Shown here: piece after piece, positions 1-10,136 of the stretch | Numbering within the stretch: the first letter of the stretch is position 1 | Layout of the letters: each line of letters starts with the position of its first letter | DNA from: an uncultured Acidobacteriota bacterium | Lineage (GTDB): Bacteria > Acidobacteriota > Terriglobia > Acidiferrales > UBA7541 | Assembly (NCBI GenBank): GCA_963707165.1 | Contig: CAVPPO010000001.1 | Span: 38,412 to 102,411 of the forward strand | DNA: 64,000 nucleotides | Direction: 5' to 3' | Notes under the pieces: generated by a model | Databases searched by the model: none | The model's input: the letters and a program-made list of their open reading frames with translations, nothing else | What the model was told of the DNA's origin: nothing | Position numbers and translations under genes: made by a program

Positions 1-624
1 GAACATCTGCGCCATTTTCTGGCCTTCGCCGTAGCCGAAAACATCGATGCGGCCCTTGCAGTGCGGGCAATTGAAGTAGCTCATGTTTTCGACGACGCCG
101 AGGATTACGACATTCACCTGGCGAAACATCTCGATGGCCTTGCGCACGTCCGCAAGAGCCACGATCGAGGGCGTGGTGACGACGACAGCGCCGGTAAGCG
201 CGACTGACTGGATCAGCGTGAGCTGCACGTCGCCGGTGCCGGGAGGAAGATCGACGACGAGATAATCGAGCTCGCCCCATTGCACGCTGCGCAGGAATTG
301 CTGGATTACGCTGTGAAGCATGGGTCCGCGCCAGATGAGGGGCTTATCGCCGGGATTCAGCAGGCCCATGGAGATCATTTTCACCCCGTAGGCTTCGACC
401 GGGATGATGGTGCGTTCGTCGACGGCGCGCGGCTGCTCGGTTGTGCCGAGCATTACCGGCACATTCGGGCCGTAGACATCCGCATCGAGTAGACCGACGG
501 CGCTTCCCATGCGCTTCAGCGCGATCGCCAAATTCACCGCGACCGTGGTCTTCCCTACTCCGCCTTTGCCGCTGGCGACTGCAATCAGATTCTTTACTCC
601 GGGAATCGGGGCTTTATCAGGCAT
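1..624 (-). CDS. Mrp/ApbC-family Fe-S cluster carrier P-loop ATPase (N-terminal part; 3' end lies outside the window)
   Basis: My own translation of the minus strand from ATG at 624 gives MPDKAPIPGVKNLIAVASGKGGVGKTTVAVNLAIALKRMGSAVGLLDADVYGPNVP...DLPPGTGD...CPHC. It has the deviant Walker A GKGGVGKT and the overall Mrp/NBP35 pattern. It is absent from the ORF track because it runs off the window edge. Confidence 0.9.
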   Translation of the reverse strand, partial: MPDKAPIPGVKNLIAVASGKGGVGKTTVAVNLAIALKRMGSAVGLLDADVYGPNVPVMLGTTEQPRAVDERTIIPVEAYGVKMISMGLLNPGDKPLIWRGPMLHSVIQQFLRSVQWGELDYLVVDLPPGTGDVQLTLIQSVALTGAVVVTTPSIVALADVRKAIEMFRQVNVVILGVVENMSYFNCPHCKGRIDVFGYGEGQKMAQMF

Positions 625-1065
625 TCGTTTCCTCGAATCTCATCATAGAACGCGCACGCCAATGCGGCAAGCCAAGCGGCCAGCCTCCTCGGCGGCACAT
701 CGGAGTACTACTCCGATCGCTATACGCGCCTGATTCACAAGACTGGCCGCGAAGTCAGCCATCCGGCTTCTACGTAATCGCGCACCGAGTCCCATGGTTT
801 CCGGCGCCGACCGCTGCTAGTTTAACGTGGGAAATTGCGGACGAATCCGACCACCGGACAAAGAACAAACTCCGCAATAAGTGCTTCGAACTGCAGTTTT
901 CTATTCGAGACACGCAAGGGAGCAGAAATCGTCGTAACTTGCTGAAAATAAAGCACGGCGTTCATTCCTATTCAAGACAAAAAACATGCCCATTCAGCAA
1001 TTTATTTGGCCGCTCGGAAGGGCTTTGAGAAGCTCCGGACGCCCCGAAAGGTCACCGACAGGACT

Positions 1066-1095
1066 TTGCGCGAAGGACGCGCTACACGCTAGAAT
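1066..1095 (+). promoter_or_regulatory. Candidate sigma-70-type promoter upstream of secA
   Basis: TTGCGC (1066-1071), an 18-nt spacer, then TAGAAT (1090-1095), about 115 nt upstream of the secA ATG. The leader 1100-1166 contains complementary GTGCAGG/CCTGCAC and GCAGGA/TCCTGC segments. Motif match only. Confidence 0.3.
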
Positions 1096-1210
1096 AGTGA
1101 GTGCAGGATTTAGCGAGCAGTCCTGCCTGGCAGGGCTGCTTTCGTTTTTCCGGGGTCGCCCTGCACGCGCATAGCAGCGTGAACGGCTCCGGCAGCGTCT
1201 AATAAACCAA

Positions 1211-4200
1211 ATGGAATTCGACCGAATACTCAACAAAGTAATTGCGCGCTTCATTGGCACGAAGCACGAGCGCGACATCAAGCGCATCGTGCCGATCGTG
1301 GCGCAGATTAATGCGCTCGAGCCAGAGATGCAGGGGCTCAGCGACGCGGATTTCCCCGTGCGAGCCGCCGCGCTGAAGGCGAATGTGACCGCGCGCCTCG
1401 AAGGCGTGGAGCCAGCCGACAGCGAGTACAAGGCGAAATTGCAAGAGGCGCTTGAGGAAGTCGTGGTTCCCGCCTTTGCGCTGGCGCGCGAAGCTGGGCG
1501 CCGGAAGCTCGCGATGCGGCATTTCGACGTGCAACTCATCGGCGGAATCGTCCTGCATCAGGGAAAGATTTCGGAAATGAAAACCGGAGAAGGAAAAACG
1601 CTGGTCGCCACTCTGCCAGCGTTTCTGAATTCACTGGCGAGTCGGGGCGTCCATATCGTCACCGTGAACGATTACCTGGCGCGTCGCGACGCTGAGTGGA
1701 TGAGCCCAATTTACCGCCTGCTCGGCCTCTCGGTGGGCGTGATCGTCCACGATCTCGACGACGTGCAGCGCCGCGCCGCTTATGGCGCCGACATTACTTA
1801 CGGCACGAACAACGAATTCGGCTTCGATTATCTCCGCGACAACATGAAGTACGACCTGAAGGATTGCGTGCAGCGCGGCCACCAATTCTGCATCGTGGAC
1901 GAAGTGGACTCGATCCTGATTGACGAAGCGCGCACGCCGCTGATTATTTCCGGGCCCGCGGAAGAATCCACCGACAAGTACTATCGCATCGACAAAATCA
2001 TTCCGAAGCTGATTCTGGAGATCGATTACACACTCGACGAAAAGCATCGCACCGCAACGCTTACTGAGGAGGGCGTGTCGAAGTGCGAGCGTCTCCTGGG
2101 CCTAGGCAATCTCTACGATCCCGCCAACATGGAGACGATTCATCACGTGTATCAGGCCCTGCGCGCGCACACGCTTTATCAGAAGGACGTGGACTACGTC
2201 GTAAAAGAAGGCGAAGTCATCATCGTGGATGAATTCACGGGCCGGCAAATGCCCGGACGCCGCTGGTCGGATGGATTGCACCAGGCCGTGGAGGCCAAGG
2301 AAGGCGTGAAAATCGAGCGCGAGAATCAGACGCTCGCCACCATCACCTTTCAGAATTATTTCCGCATGTACAAAAAGCTCGCGGGCATGACCGGCACGGC
2401 CGAAACCGAGGCGGCGGAATTCGAAAAGATTTACAAGCTCGATGTCGTGGCGATTCCGACGAACAAGGTGCTGATCCGGCACGAATATCCGGACGTGGTT
2501 TACCGAACCGAAGCCGAGAAATTCGAAGCGGCAGTGAATGGAATCATTCAGGAAGATGGAACAAAGTCGGGCGGCATCCGGCAATATTTCGAATCTGGGC
2601 AGCCGGTGCTGGTGGGCAGCATCTCGATTGAGAAATCGGAAAAAATTGCGGAATGGCTGAGGAAGGCGGGGATTCCGCATCAGATCCTGAACGCGAAGCA
2701 GCACGAGCGCGAAGCAAAAATCATCGCGCAGGCGGGACGCAAGGGCGCCGTCACAGTTTCGACCAACATGGCCGGGCGCGGAACCGACATCCTTCTCGGC
2801 GGCAATCCCGAAGCTATGACGCGCGAGCATTTTCTGAAGAACAAGCTGGCGATTCCCTATGCACCAGCGGGCGCCGTGATCGGCGGGAATGGCGCCGGCA
2901 GCGAAACTCCGGCTGAGGCAGAAGGCGGCGCACCGGCTGCGGGGGCGATCGCCGCGCAATCCGGCGGTAGCGCTACGTCTTCGGCGGCTGCCACGCTTGC
3001 GGCACCTGCGGCTAATGTCCCGATGGTTCTCTTCCAACAGGAAGGCAGAATTTTCCAGGTTCCGGCCGATCAATGGAAACCGGTGTACGACCAGTTCGCG
3101 GAGCAGTGCCGCGCCGAGCACGATGAAGTGATCGCCATGGGCGGCCTGCACATTCTCGGCACCGAGCGCCACGAGGCGCGGCGCATCGATAATCAGCTTC
3201 GCGGGCGCGCCGGCCGTCAGGGCGATCCCGGCGCTTCGCGATTTTTCCTCTCGCTCGAAGATGACCTGCTGCGCATTTTCGGCGGCGAGCGCATCAAGTC
3301 GCTGATGTATCGCCTGGGCATGACCGAAGGCGTGCCCATCGAATCGAAGATGATCAGCAAGCAGATCGAAAACGCGCAGAAAGGCGTCGAAGCGCAGAAC
3401 TTCGAAGCCCGCAAGCACCTGCTCGAATACGACGACGTGATGAACAAGCAGCGCGAGACGGTTTACTCGCTGCGCCGCGGCGTTCTGGAAGGCGTCGATC
3501 AGAAGGAGTACATCCTCGAGCGCGCCGACAGCATTGCCCTCGATATCGCCGAGAAATACTGCCCGCGCGAAATCAATCCCGGACAGTGGAATCACACGCA
3601 ATTCTCGAATGAAGTGCTGAACCAGTTCGGGCTCGATGCCAAGGCTGTGGGAATTGATTTTCTGCGCGTCAATCACGATGAAGTGGTGAACGCGCTGCTG
3701 GAGAAGGTGCACGGCCGTTACGAAGATAAGGAAAAGTTGTTCGGGGCGCCGGTGCTGCGCTGGCTGGAGCGGCGCATTTTGCTCGACATCGTGGACACAC
3801 AATGGAAAGACCACCTGCTGACTCTCGATCACTTGAAGGAAGGCATCGGGCTGCGCGGTTACGGGCAGAAAGATCCGCTGGTCGAATTCAAGCGCGAGGC
3901 CTTCACACTTTTTGAAGAAATGATGGACCGGATTGACACGGAATCGGTCCGGTTCTTGTTCCTTGTGCGCCCAGCGGAAGGCGAGCAGGCGCCGCAGCAA
4001 GCTGCTGGTGGCCAGGAGCCCGCGCGGCCGAAACAATTTGGAATTCAGCAACAACTCGAGCGCCGGCAGCAACGGCAGCAGAAGGATCTTCAGTTCCAGG
4101 CTGGCCCGGCGCAGGCAGAGGCGCCGAAGCCCGTCCGAGCGGGCGCCAAGGTCGGGCGCAACGATCCCTGTCCTTGCGGCTCCGGGAAAAAATACAAGAA

Positions 4201-4222
4201 GTGCCACGGAGCGAACGCGTAG
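1211..4222 (+). CDS. secA: Preprotein translocase ATPase SecA
   Basis: 1003-aa ORF with Walker [10 protein letters not shown], the [18 protein letters not shown] motif, [25 protein letters not shown], and the C-terminal zinc motif [14 protein letters not shown]. Confidence 0.98.
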   Translation: MEFDRILNKVIARFIGTKHERDIKRIVPIVAQINALEPEMQGLSDADFPVRAAALKANVTARLEGVEPADSEYKAKLQEALEEVVVPAFALAREAGRRKLAMRHFDVQLIGGIVLHQGKISEMKTGEGKTLVATLPAFLNSLASRGVHIVTVNDYLARRDAEWMSPIYRLLGLSVGVIVHDLDDVQRRAAYGADITYGTNNEFGFDYLRDNMKYDLKDCVQRGHQFCIVDEVDSILIDEARTPLIISGPAEESTDKYYRIDKIIPKLILEIDYTLDEKHRTATLTEEGVSKCERLLGLGNLYDPANMETIHHVYQALRAHTLYQKDVDYVVKEGEVIIVDEFTGRQMPGRRWSDGLHQAVEAKEGVKIERENQTLATITFQNYFRMYKKLAGMTGTAETEAAEFEKIYKLDVVAIPTNKVLIRHEYPDVVYRTEAEKFEAAVNGIIQEDGTKSGGIRQYFESGQPVLVGSISIEKSEKIAEWLRKAGIPHQILNAKQHEREAKIIAQAGRKGAVTVSTNMAGRGTDILLGGNPEAMTREHFLKNKLAIPYAPAGAVIGGNGAGSETPAEAEGGAPAAGAIAAQSGGSATSSAAATLAAPAANVPMVLFQQEGRIFQVPADQWKPVYDQFAEQCRAEHDEVIAMGGLHILGTERHEARRIDNQLRGRAGRQGDPGASRFFLSLEDDLLRIFGGERIKSLMYRLGMTEGVPIESKMISKQIENAQKGVEAQNFEARKHLLEYDDVMNKQRETVYSLRRGVLEGVDQKEYILERADSIALDIAEKYCPREINPGQWNHTQFSNEVLNQFGLDAKAVGIDFLRVNHDEVVNALLEKVHGRYEDKEKLFGAPVLRWLERRILLDIVDTQWKDHLLTLDHLKEGIGLRGYGQKDPLVEFKREAFTLFEEMMDRIDTESVRFLFLVRPAEGEQAPQQAAGGQEPARPKQFGIQQQLERRQQRQQKDLQFQAGPAQAEAPKPVRAGAKVGRNDPCPCGSGKKYKKCHGANA

Positions 4223-4376
4223 CTTTATGTAGTGAAGATACCGGCTTGAAAGGCCGGCGCTACACTTGGCGCCCTCGACGCGCTCACCTAGCGTTGCAAG
4301 CTTCGTCTGAACATTCTGGGTGCCAAGTGCGTATCTACCGCGGGGTGGAACTCTATCTACAAATAAGGAGTCAACG

Positions 4377-5369
4377 ATGCGAATTCGTTCGCGCTGGGGA
4401 TTGAGCATTCTCGTGGCGGCCGCGATGCTGACGCTGGCGGCTGTATCCGCGCAACCGGCTCTTGCTGATAGTGAAGGACACTTTGACCGGACGCTGACTG
4501 TGAGCGGGCCCGTCGATCTGGACGTTCAAACCGGCTCAGGGAACATTACGGTTCAACCCGGGGATTCAAGCCGCGTCGAAATTCACGCGCGGATTAAAGC
4601 AAGCGGCTGGCATCTTGGCGGCGACGCTGACGCGCGTATCAAGCAGATCGAAGACAACCCTCCGATTCAGCAAGAAGGCAACACCATCCGCATCGGCCGC
4701 AGCGACGACCACGATCTTTTCAAAAACATCTCGATCAGCTATGAGATCAAGACGCCCAAAGAAACCCATCTGCACGCGAAGTCCGGCTCGGGCGATGAGG
4801 ATATCGAAGGAATTGCAGGGCCGGTCGAGGCAGCGAGCGGATCGGGAAGCCTCAAACTTCACGATATCGGAGCCGAGGTTCGCGCGAGCACGGGCTCGGG
4901 CGACGTCGAAATCCAAAACGCGCAGGGCAAGGCGCATGTTAGCTCCGGCAGCGGAACGATTCGCGCCACCGGCATCGCGGGGGCGCTTACGGTTTCGACC
5001 GGCAGCGGTGACATCAAGCTCGAACAAACAGCCGCGGGCGATATCGAAGCAACCTCCGGATCGGGAGAAATCGAGCTGAATCACGTGAAAGGCGCCGTCC
5101 GCGCCACGACCGGAAGCGGCAACATCACCGCCGATGGCGAGCCCGCGGGACCGTGGAAGCTGCACACCGGCTCGGGCAATGTCTCGGTGAAGTTGCCGGA
5201 ATCAGCGTCGTTCGAACTGGCGGCGCACACCAGCAGCGGCTCCATCGACAGCAAGCGTCAGATTATGGTGTCCGGCAATCTCAATGCCCATGAGCTCCGC
5301 GGCAAGGTCGGTAATGGCGGGGTTCTGGTGGATTTGAACACTAGCTCCGGCTCGATTCGCATCGACTAG
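4377..5369 (+). CDS. Secreted DUF4097-like putative adhesin (repeated SGSG-D/N-I beta-strand units)
   Basis: The internal Met at 4377 is preceded by AAGGAG. Signal peptide MRIRSRWGLSILVAAAMLTLAAVSAQPALA. Repeated GSGSL/GSGDV/GSGTI/GSGDI/GSGEI/GSGNI/GSGNV/SSGSI units are typical of the DUF4097 beta-helix family. The track ORF begins at 4320. Confidence 0.75.
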   Translation: MRIRSRWGLSILVAAAMLTLAAVSAQPALADSEGHFDRTLTVSGPVDLDVQTGSGNITVQPGDSSRVEIHARIKASGWHLGGDADARIKQIEDNPPIQQEGNTIRIGRSDDHDLFKNISISYEIKTPKETHLHAKSGSGDEDIEGIAGPVEAASGSGSLKLHDIGAEVRASTGSGDVEIQNAQGKAHVSSGSGTIRATGIAGALTVSTGSGDIKLEQTAAGDIEATSGSGEIELNHVKGAVRATTGSGNITADGEPAGPWKLHTGSGNVSVKLPESASFELAAHTSSGSIDSKRQIMVSGNLNAHELRGKVGNGGVLVDLNTSSGSIRID

Positions 5370-5495
5370 CCTGCTCCTCTTCGTGGGGCGTTCGTCGGGC
5401 CGCGCCGGGCGACGCCCCATATATGCCGCGCTCCGAGATATGATATTTTATGCGCGGCTTCGCGTCCCATTCGCGCCGAAGCCAAAGGGTGTGTC

Positions 5496-5834
5496 ATGGC
5501 GGCGGCTGCCTCCCCGCACTGCCGATTCCAAGGATGCGACGAGGAAGTGCCTCCAGCGCTGGCGGCTGGCGGACTGTGTCTCGATCACTTTCTCGATGAA
5601 GCGTTCGCGCGAGCCGATCGAGCGCTGCAGAATTGCAAGCGAGGCGAATCGCCCGATGCGGCGACGCTCGACTGGCTTTTTTCAGACGTCCAGCTCACGT
5701 TGAATGCGGTTTCGGAACTGGCGAAGAAGCGCGATCTGGCCCAGCAGAGCAAGATTCTGGAGCTACTGCTTTGCGTTGCGAACTTGAACGAATATGTCGC
5801 GCATCACTCGGTGCAGCCATCGCATCCAATTTGA
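5496..5834 (+). CDS. Hypothetical Cys/His-rich protein (possible zinc-binding N-terminus)
   Basis: 112-aa ORF with coding-like codon usage and AAGGGTG upstream. The N-terminus is HCRFQGC-x15-CLDH. No family recognised. Confidence 0.45.
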   Translation: MAAAASPHCRFQGCDEEVPPALAAGGLCLDHFLDEAFARADRALQNCKRGESPDAATLDWLFSDVQLTLNAVSELAKKRDLAQQSKILELLLCVANLNEYVAHHSVQPSHPI

Positions 5835-5931
5835 TTGTGAATTGCAGGTGCACAGGTGGGAGCGGAAGCGGACGGTGTGCGCCCAAATCTCTGCTTTGCG
5901 CTGAACAAATACGCCACTAATATAGGGATAT

Positions 5932-6378
5932 ATGGCTCCAGATTCTCTGCCACAGTGCGAATTCGAGTCGGATAAGCTGGCCGTGCGGCTGCGCTTTTCG
6001 GGCCCCGCCGACGTGGCCACCATAACGCCGGTCGTTTCCTGGGTGATGGATTTCGTAAAAGAAATGGGCTGCGCTGCGGGCAAGGAATGGGAAGTCGAAA
6101 TTGCCCTGCGTGAAGCGCTGGCGAACGCGATGGTCCATGGCTCGAAGCGCGATCCGAGCAAGAAAGTTGAATTTTGCGTGGCGATCGACAACGACCGCGG
6201 CTTGCTGATCGTCGTCCGCGATCAGGGAGAAGGCTTCGATCCCTCGCAGATCAAGGAACCCGTGGTCGGGCAGAATCTCTTCTCCGATCATGGCCGGGGA
6301 ATCTTCCTCATCAACCAGCTCATGGACGAGGTGAAGTTCGAGCGCGGCGGCACCGAAATCCACATGCGAAAGCGTTAA
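5932..6378 (+). CDS. Anti-sigma regulatory factor / serine protein kinase of the RsbW-SpoIIAB (HATPase_c_2) type
   Basis: 148 aa with N-box-like EIALREALANAMVHG, G1-like VRDQGEGFD and GRGIFLINQLMDEV. Size and motif order match RsbW/SpoIIAB-like kinases. Confidence 0.8.
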   Translation: MAPDSLPQCEFESDKLAVRLRFSGPADVATITPVVSWVMDFVKEMGCAAGKEWEVEIALREALANAMVHGSKRDPSKKVEFCVAIDNDRGLLIVVRDQGEGFDPSQIKEPVVGQNLFSDHGRGIFLINQLMDEVKFERGGTEIHMRKR

Positions 6379-6453
6379 TACCCTTCCGTCTCTCCAATCT
6401 TGAAATTCTGCGCGTCTGGCTCCAAGCTGGAAGTCTCGTATCTCGAGACTTTT

Positions 6454-7134
6454 ATGGCCGAACAAGATCCCAGCGCGGACAAGTTCAAAGTCGTTGAGCC
6501 GCAGATTCCCGGCGTCCCTGTCGCCAGAAAAACTGCGTCGGGATCGTCGAGCGCGAAATCTCTTCCCGTCGCTGTGTGGCTGACCATCGCCATCGGGGCC
6601 GTCCTGATGCTTGGCGCGTCATTTTTCTGGTGGTTCTCGTTGGCATCGAAGAGGGCAGAACCCGCCACTGCGGAAGTTACGCCGCCTGCGGCGAGTCCTG
6701 TTGCTGCTGTTGCTCCCGTCGAAAAAGTGCCGCATGGGCCGGGAGAAATTGGCGCGACTGGGGAATTCCCGTCGGCCTGGTCATCCAAGCAATTTGTGAT
6801 GCTGAACCCGGTGACGAAAGAGAGCGTTCCAGCGACGGTGGTGCGCCTGCCGGGCGGCTCTTACTGGGGATTTTCGCTGATCGAGCCCTTCGGCCAATGC
6901 CGTCTCGAATATGTGACGGATATGAAGCGGCTCGCGACGTATTACGGATTCGAAGCTAGACATCCGATGGTCGGCGATCCGTGCAATCGGAGCGTTTTCG
7001 ATTTGACGAAGTACGGACCGGGCATCGACGGACTCGTCCGCGGCGAAATGGTTCAGGGCTCGGGGTTAAGACCGCCGATGGCTATCGAAGTGCGCGTCGA
7101 GGGAAGCAAGATCGTCGCTGTTCGAATGGAATAG
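6454..7134 (+). CDS. Hypothetical membrane-anchored protein
   Basis: ORF 6400..7134; the start is more probably Met 6454 (MAEQDPS...). It has a single TM segment (LPVAVWLTIAIGAVLMLGASFFWWF), an Ala/Pro-rich linker and a globular C-domain. No family recognised. Confidence 0.6.
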   Translation: MAEQDPSADKFKVVEPQIPGVPVARKTASGSSSAKSLPVAVWLTIAIGAVLMLGASFFWWFSLASKRAEPATAEVTPPAASPVAAVAPVEKVPHGPGEIGATGEFPSAWSSKQFVMLNPVTKESVPATVVRLPGGSYWGFSLIEPFGQCRLEYVTDMKRLATYYGFEARHPMVGDPCNRSVFDLTKYGPGIDGLVRGEMVQGSGLRPPMAIEVRVEGSKIVAVRME

Positions 7135-7236
7135 TCTGTCGGAATATTCTGCAAGAAAATCGGTCCGCCGGATTATCTCTGCCGCAAGCGGTGCGATAAT
7201 TTCCAAACCGATTTTGGCCCGTTACACTACCCCGCT

Positions 7237-7279
7237 AAAAAAACCGCTGCCCTGCGGTTCAGAATCCGCAGGACAGCGG
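7237..7279 (-). terminator. Intrinsic terminator for the minus-strand lipoprotein gene
   Basis: CCGCTGCCCTGCGG (7244-7257) and CCGCAGGACAGCGG (7266-7279) form a 13/14-bp stem with an 8-nt loop. On the minus-strand RNA the stem is followed by U7 (A7 at 7237-7243 on the + strand). Confidence 0.7.
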
Positions 7280-7318
7280 CTTCGCACTTGATTGCGGCTT
7301 TGCTAGATGCCGCGATGA

Positions 7319-8713
7319 TTAGTCGCTGAGCTCCTCGACTGCACCTGCTACTAACACCGGCTGGCTCGTTGCAGGATTGATGAGCACGAAGCCCACAACG
7401 CGCAGCGAGGTTCCGCTCTGCCCTTGCAGCGCGGAAAGGCCGCTGAGATTGATGAAATTGGTAGCGTCCGTGGTCATCACCGTGAGCGGCTGCGGAAGAA
7501 GGATCCCGGCCGTCCAGTTATCGTTCAATTGGAAGCTGCCGTTATTGCCGTTCTGGATGACGACATTGCCGGCGAGAGTGCCTGCCTGGCCCTGGCGCCG
7601 TAGAACGACGCGGTGCGGAGTCAGCGTAGTCGTACCGTTGGTAGTGCTCATGTCGCCGCCGATCGAGACGCGCTGACCTGCCGCCATCGCCGAGTTGTTG
7701 AACAGCAGCGTGGTGAGAGGTAGTTTGATACGGCCGATGCGATACTTCTCGGTGCCGTTCAGATCAAGCGTTGTGATGTCACCTGGCGAGATGCCGTTAA
7801 CTGCTGGCAGTTCGTCCCTTACGTAGAGATCGGCCTGAGTCGCCGGTCCCGAAGGCGGACGGACGCTGGTCAGCAGGCCGCTGAAGTAGAAATCGTCGTC
7901 CGAGACGACATCAACTTCGGAGGCATCGATCGCGTGCGAGACGGGATCGAGCTGGCCGGTCAGCAACACGATCGTATTCGTAGTGAATCCGCTGATGGGC
8001 TCGTTGGGATCATCAAAGACCGTGCTGTCGTCCGTCGAGACGTTCCACTGCCGCCCGTGTGGCCCTTGAACGGTGAATGAATTGTTGCCGGTGACGCCCA
8101 CGACTCCCGCGGCAAAGTCGTCGATCGAGACTTGGGAGTCAGTCGCGTCAAGCAGCTTCATCTGGAACATGGGATTTATCGTGCCGGTGACCTGTCCGTT
8201 GTTGTCAACGGCGAGCGACTTGCGCAGGTCGAATTCCATGCGCAGGCCCACGAGATCTCCGTTGCTGACGGTGAACGGATTCTTGAAGGTCACCGTCACC
8301 ATGTTGGTGGAAAGCGTGCCGTTGATCGTATTGATGGCAGGCGGGTTCTGAGTGGTATCGATGAACCCGATGACCGGATTCGCGATCGTGACCGTCGCGC
8401 TGACGTAGGTGCCCGTGGGAACCGAGGTCAGATCCACAAGTTGATGCAATCCGCTCAATTGCGCGAAATCAACGAGTTCCGCCTGCGAGAGCACGCTCAC
8501 GTCGGTGGAACCATTGTTGACCGTCACGCCGGTCACGTTCACCTGGCAGGACACGACGCTCGGCAGAGGCGCGTCGGTGGCTACGGTGAAAATCGAACCG
8601 GATTGCTGAGGAGGAGGCGTCGTCGAATTCATGGAACCGCCGCCGCTGCACGCCGAGATCAAGAGCAAAGGCAGAATCGCGAGAAAACTCTGGACACACT
8701 TCGACCATTTCAT
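7319..8713 (-). CDS. Lipoprotein, DUF4382-like
   Basis: 464 aa with lipobox signal MKWSKCVQSFLAILPLLLISAC-SGGG. The N-terminal FTVATDAPLPSVVSCQVNVTGVTVN pattern resembles the DUF4382 family. Thr/Asn/Val-rich beta protein. Confidence 0.7.
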   Translation of the reverse strand: MKWSKCVQSFLAILPLLLISACSGGGSMNSTTPPPQQSGSIFTVATDAPLPSVVSCQVNVTGVTVNNGSTDVSVLSQAELVDFAQLSGLHQLVDLTSVPTGTYVSATVTIANPVIGFIDTTQNPPAINTINGTLSTNMVTVTFKNPFTVSNGDLVGLRMEFDLRKSLAVDNNGQVTGTINPMFQMKLLDATDSQVSIDDFAAGVVGVTGNNSFTVQGPHGRQWNVSTDDSTVFDDPNEPISGFTTNTIVLLTGQLDPVSHAIDASEVDVVSDDDFYFSGLLTSVRPPSGPATQADLYVRDELPAVNGISPGDITTLDLNGTEKYRIGRIKLPLTTLLFNNSAMAAGQRVSIGGDMSTTNGTTTLTPHRVVLRRQGQAGTLAGNVVIQNGNNGSFQLNDNWTAGILLPQPLTVMTTDATNFINLSGLSALQGQSGTSLRVVGFVLINPATSQPVLVAGAVEELSD

Positions 8714-9002
8714 ATCAGGTCTCCTTCAAATCTATGGATGATGGCTGAGGGCGGCGCTCTAGGTAGCCCCGTGCCCCTCTCCGGATTCAAACACCCGGAT
8801 GCGAAAAAAGTTTCGCGTTCTCCCGGAATTCGTAGAGCGCACTAGCGGGTTTTTCGGCGTGCAGGGCGAGGAAAGACAGCTTTAGTACCAGCCGGAAAAG
8901 GGCAGCTATCCAATGTTTCACAGCATCATAGTAGACTGGGACGCGGCCGCCGGTTACGCGCGCTGTTTGAGCATAGGCGGCAGCGATCATTCGGAGGGGA
9001 AT

Positions 9003-10103
9003 TTGACGCAGCGAAGATACGCCCTGGCGCTCACGTTGATAGTTTTTTCATTCGGATTTGGCTGCGCGAAGGTGCCCAGTGATGCTGCACTGGCGGAGAG
9101 CATCAAGGCGCAAATGTTCTCGGACCAGCAGCTCAAGAATTCGAGCTTGAATGTCACAGTCCAGAAGGGCGTCGCCACATTATCGGGCGAAGTGTCCGAT
9201 GACTCGGCTCGTCTGGAGGCTTACAAACTCGCTGCGGGAACGCCCGGTGTCAAAAAGGTCGACGATCAAATGTCAGTCGAGCCGCCTCAGGCGACAGTGA
9301 ATCCGCCGCCCCCGCCGGTGGCGACGCCGATACCAAACGCCAAGACGCGCAAGGCCGATCGAAAATCGAAGCGGCGCGCGACGATGGCTGCGTATGCAGA
9401 TGCAAGCCCGCAGGCGCCGGACGCCGCGACTCCTCCGGATTCAGCGGCTCAGCCCGCTCCGCCAGCGCCTGCGGCGCCGTCACCAGCTCCCTCTGACGCG
9501 ACGCAGCCAGCGAATCCAACGCCGGCTGTGGCGGCTGCGCCGGCGCCGGCTCCTCCTGAGCCCAAGGACATTGAGATCGCCGCCGGAACAACGATTCGTG
9601 TGCGCATGATTGATCCCGTGAATTCCGCGGTGAATCATACCGGGGAAGTTTTTCACGCCTCGCTCGAAGAGCCCATCGTCGTCAATAACGAAACCGTGGT
9701 GCCGAAGGGCGCTGATGTGTACATCCGCCTCACGCGCGCGAGCACGGCCGGACACATGAGCGGCCGGAGCGAACTGCATCTTGAATTGGTGAAACTCGAT
9801 TATGCGGGCCGATCGTACGCGCTGGTCAGCAGCACCTCAAGCGTGGTGGGAAGTTCACGCGGCAAGAAAACCGCGACTGCGGTCGGCGCCGGCGCGGTGA
9901 TCGGCGGCATCATCGGGGCAATCGCAGGCGGCGGTAAAGGCGCGGCGATCGGTGCCACGGTGGGCGGCGCCGGCGGCGGCGTCTATCAAGCCAGCACCAA
10001 AGGCGAGCAGGTGAAAGTGCCGGCGGAAACGGTCCTGGATTTTCAGCTCGAGCAACCCGCGACTGTCACTGTGCCGTCGCACGCCAACGTCACCGGACTA
10101 TAA
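9003..10103 (+). CDS. BON-domain lipoprotein with Pro/Ala-rich linker and C-terminal glycine-zipper domain (paralog family A)
   Basis: Track ORF is 8913..10103. TTG at 9003 follows GGAGG (8993-8997) and gives the lipobox LIVFSFGFGC. BON-like segment SIKAQMFSDQQLKNSSLNVTVQKGVATLSGEVSDDSARLEAYKLAAGTPGVKKVDDQMSV. The C-terminus AGTTIRVRMIDPVNS...VVPKGADVYIRL...GAVIGGIIGAIAGGGKGAAIGATVGGAGGG...VPAETVLDFQLEQP is shared with 30774..31481 and 39807..40649. Confidence 0.75.
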   Translation: MTQRRYALALTLIVFSFGFGCAKVPSDAALAESIKAQMFSDQQLKNSSLNVTVQKGVATLSGEVSDDSARLEAYKLAAGTPGVKKVDDQMSVEPPQATVNPPPPPVATPIPNAKTRKADRKSKRRATMAAYADASPQAPDAATPPDSAAQPAPPAPAAPSPAPSDATQPANPTPAVAAAPAPAPPEPKDIEIAAGTTIRVRMIDPVNSAVNHTGEVFHASLEEPIVVNNETVVPKGADVYIRLTRASTAGHMSGRSELHLELVKLDYAGRSYALVSSTSSVVGSSRGKKTATAVGAGAVIGGIIGAIAGGGKGAAIGATVGGAGGGVYQASTKGEQVKVPAETVLDFQLEQPATVTVPSHANVTGL

Positions 10104-10136
10104 TCGCCGCGGTTCGCGAATCAAGCCAACATGCGA

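Noticed and set aside
2102-4408. 768-aa ORF on the minus strand
   Set aside because: It is entirely antisense to secA. Its Arg/Leu/Ala-rich composition is typical of shadow ORFs in high-GC DNA, and it has no motifs.
9540-10103. A type IV secretion or conjugation locus, suggested by the TrbI/VirB10-like motifs
   Set aside because: No VirB4, VirD4, VirB9, VirB6, relaxase or pilin genes occur anywhere in the window, and the three genes are dispersed. I treat this as a stand-alone domain family, not a T4SS.
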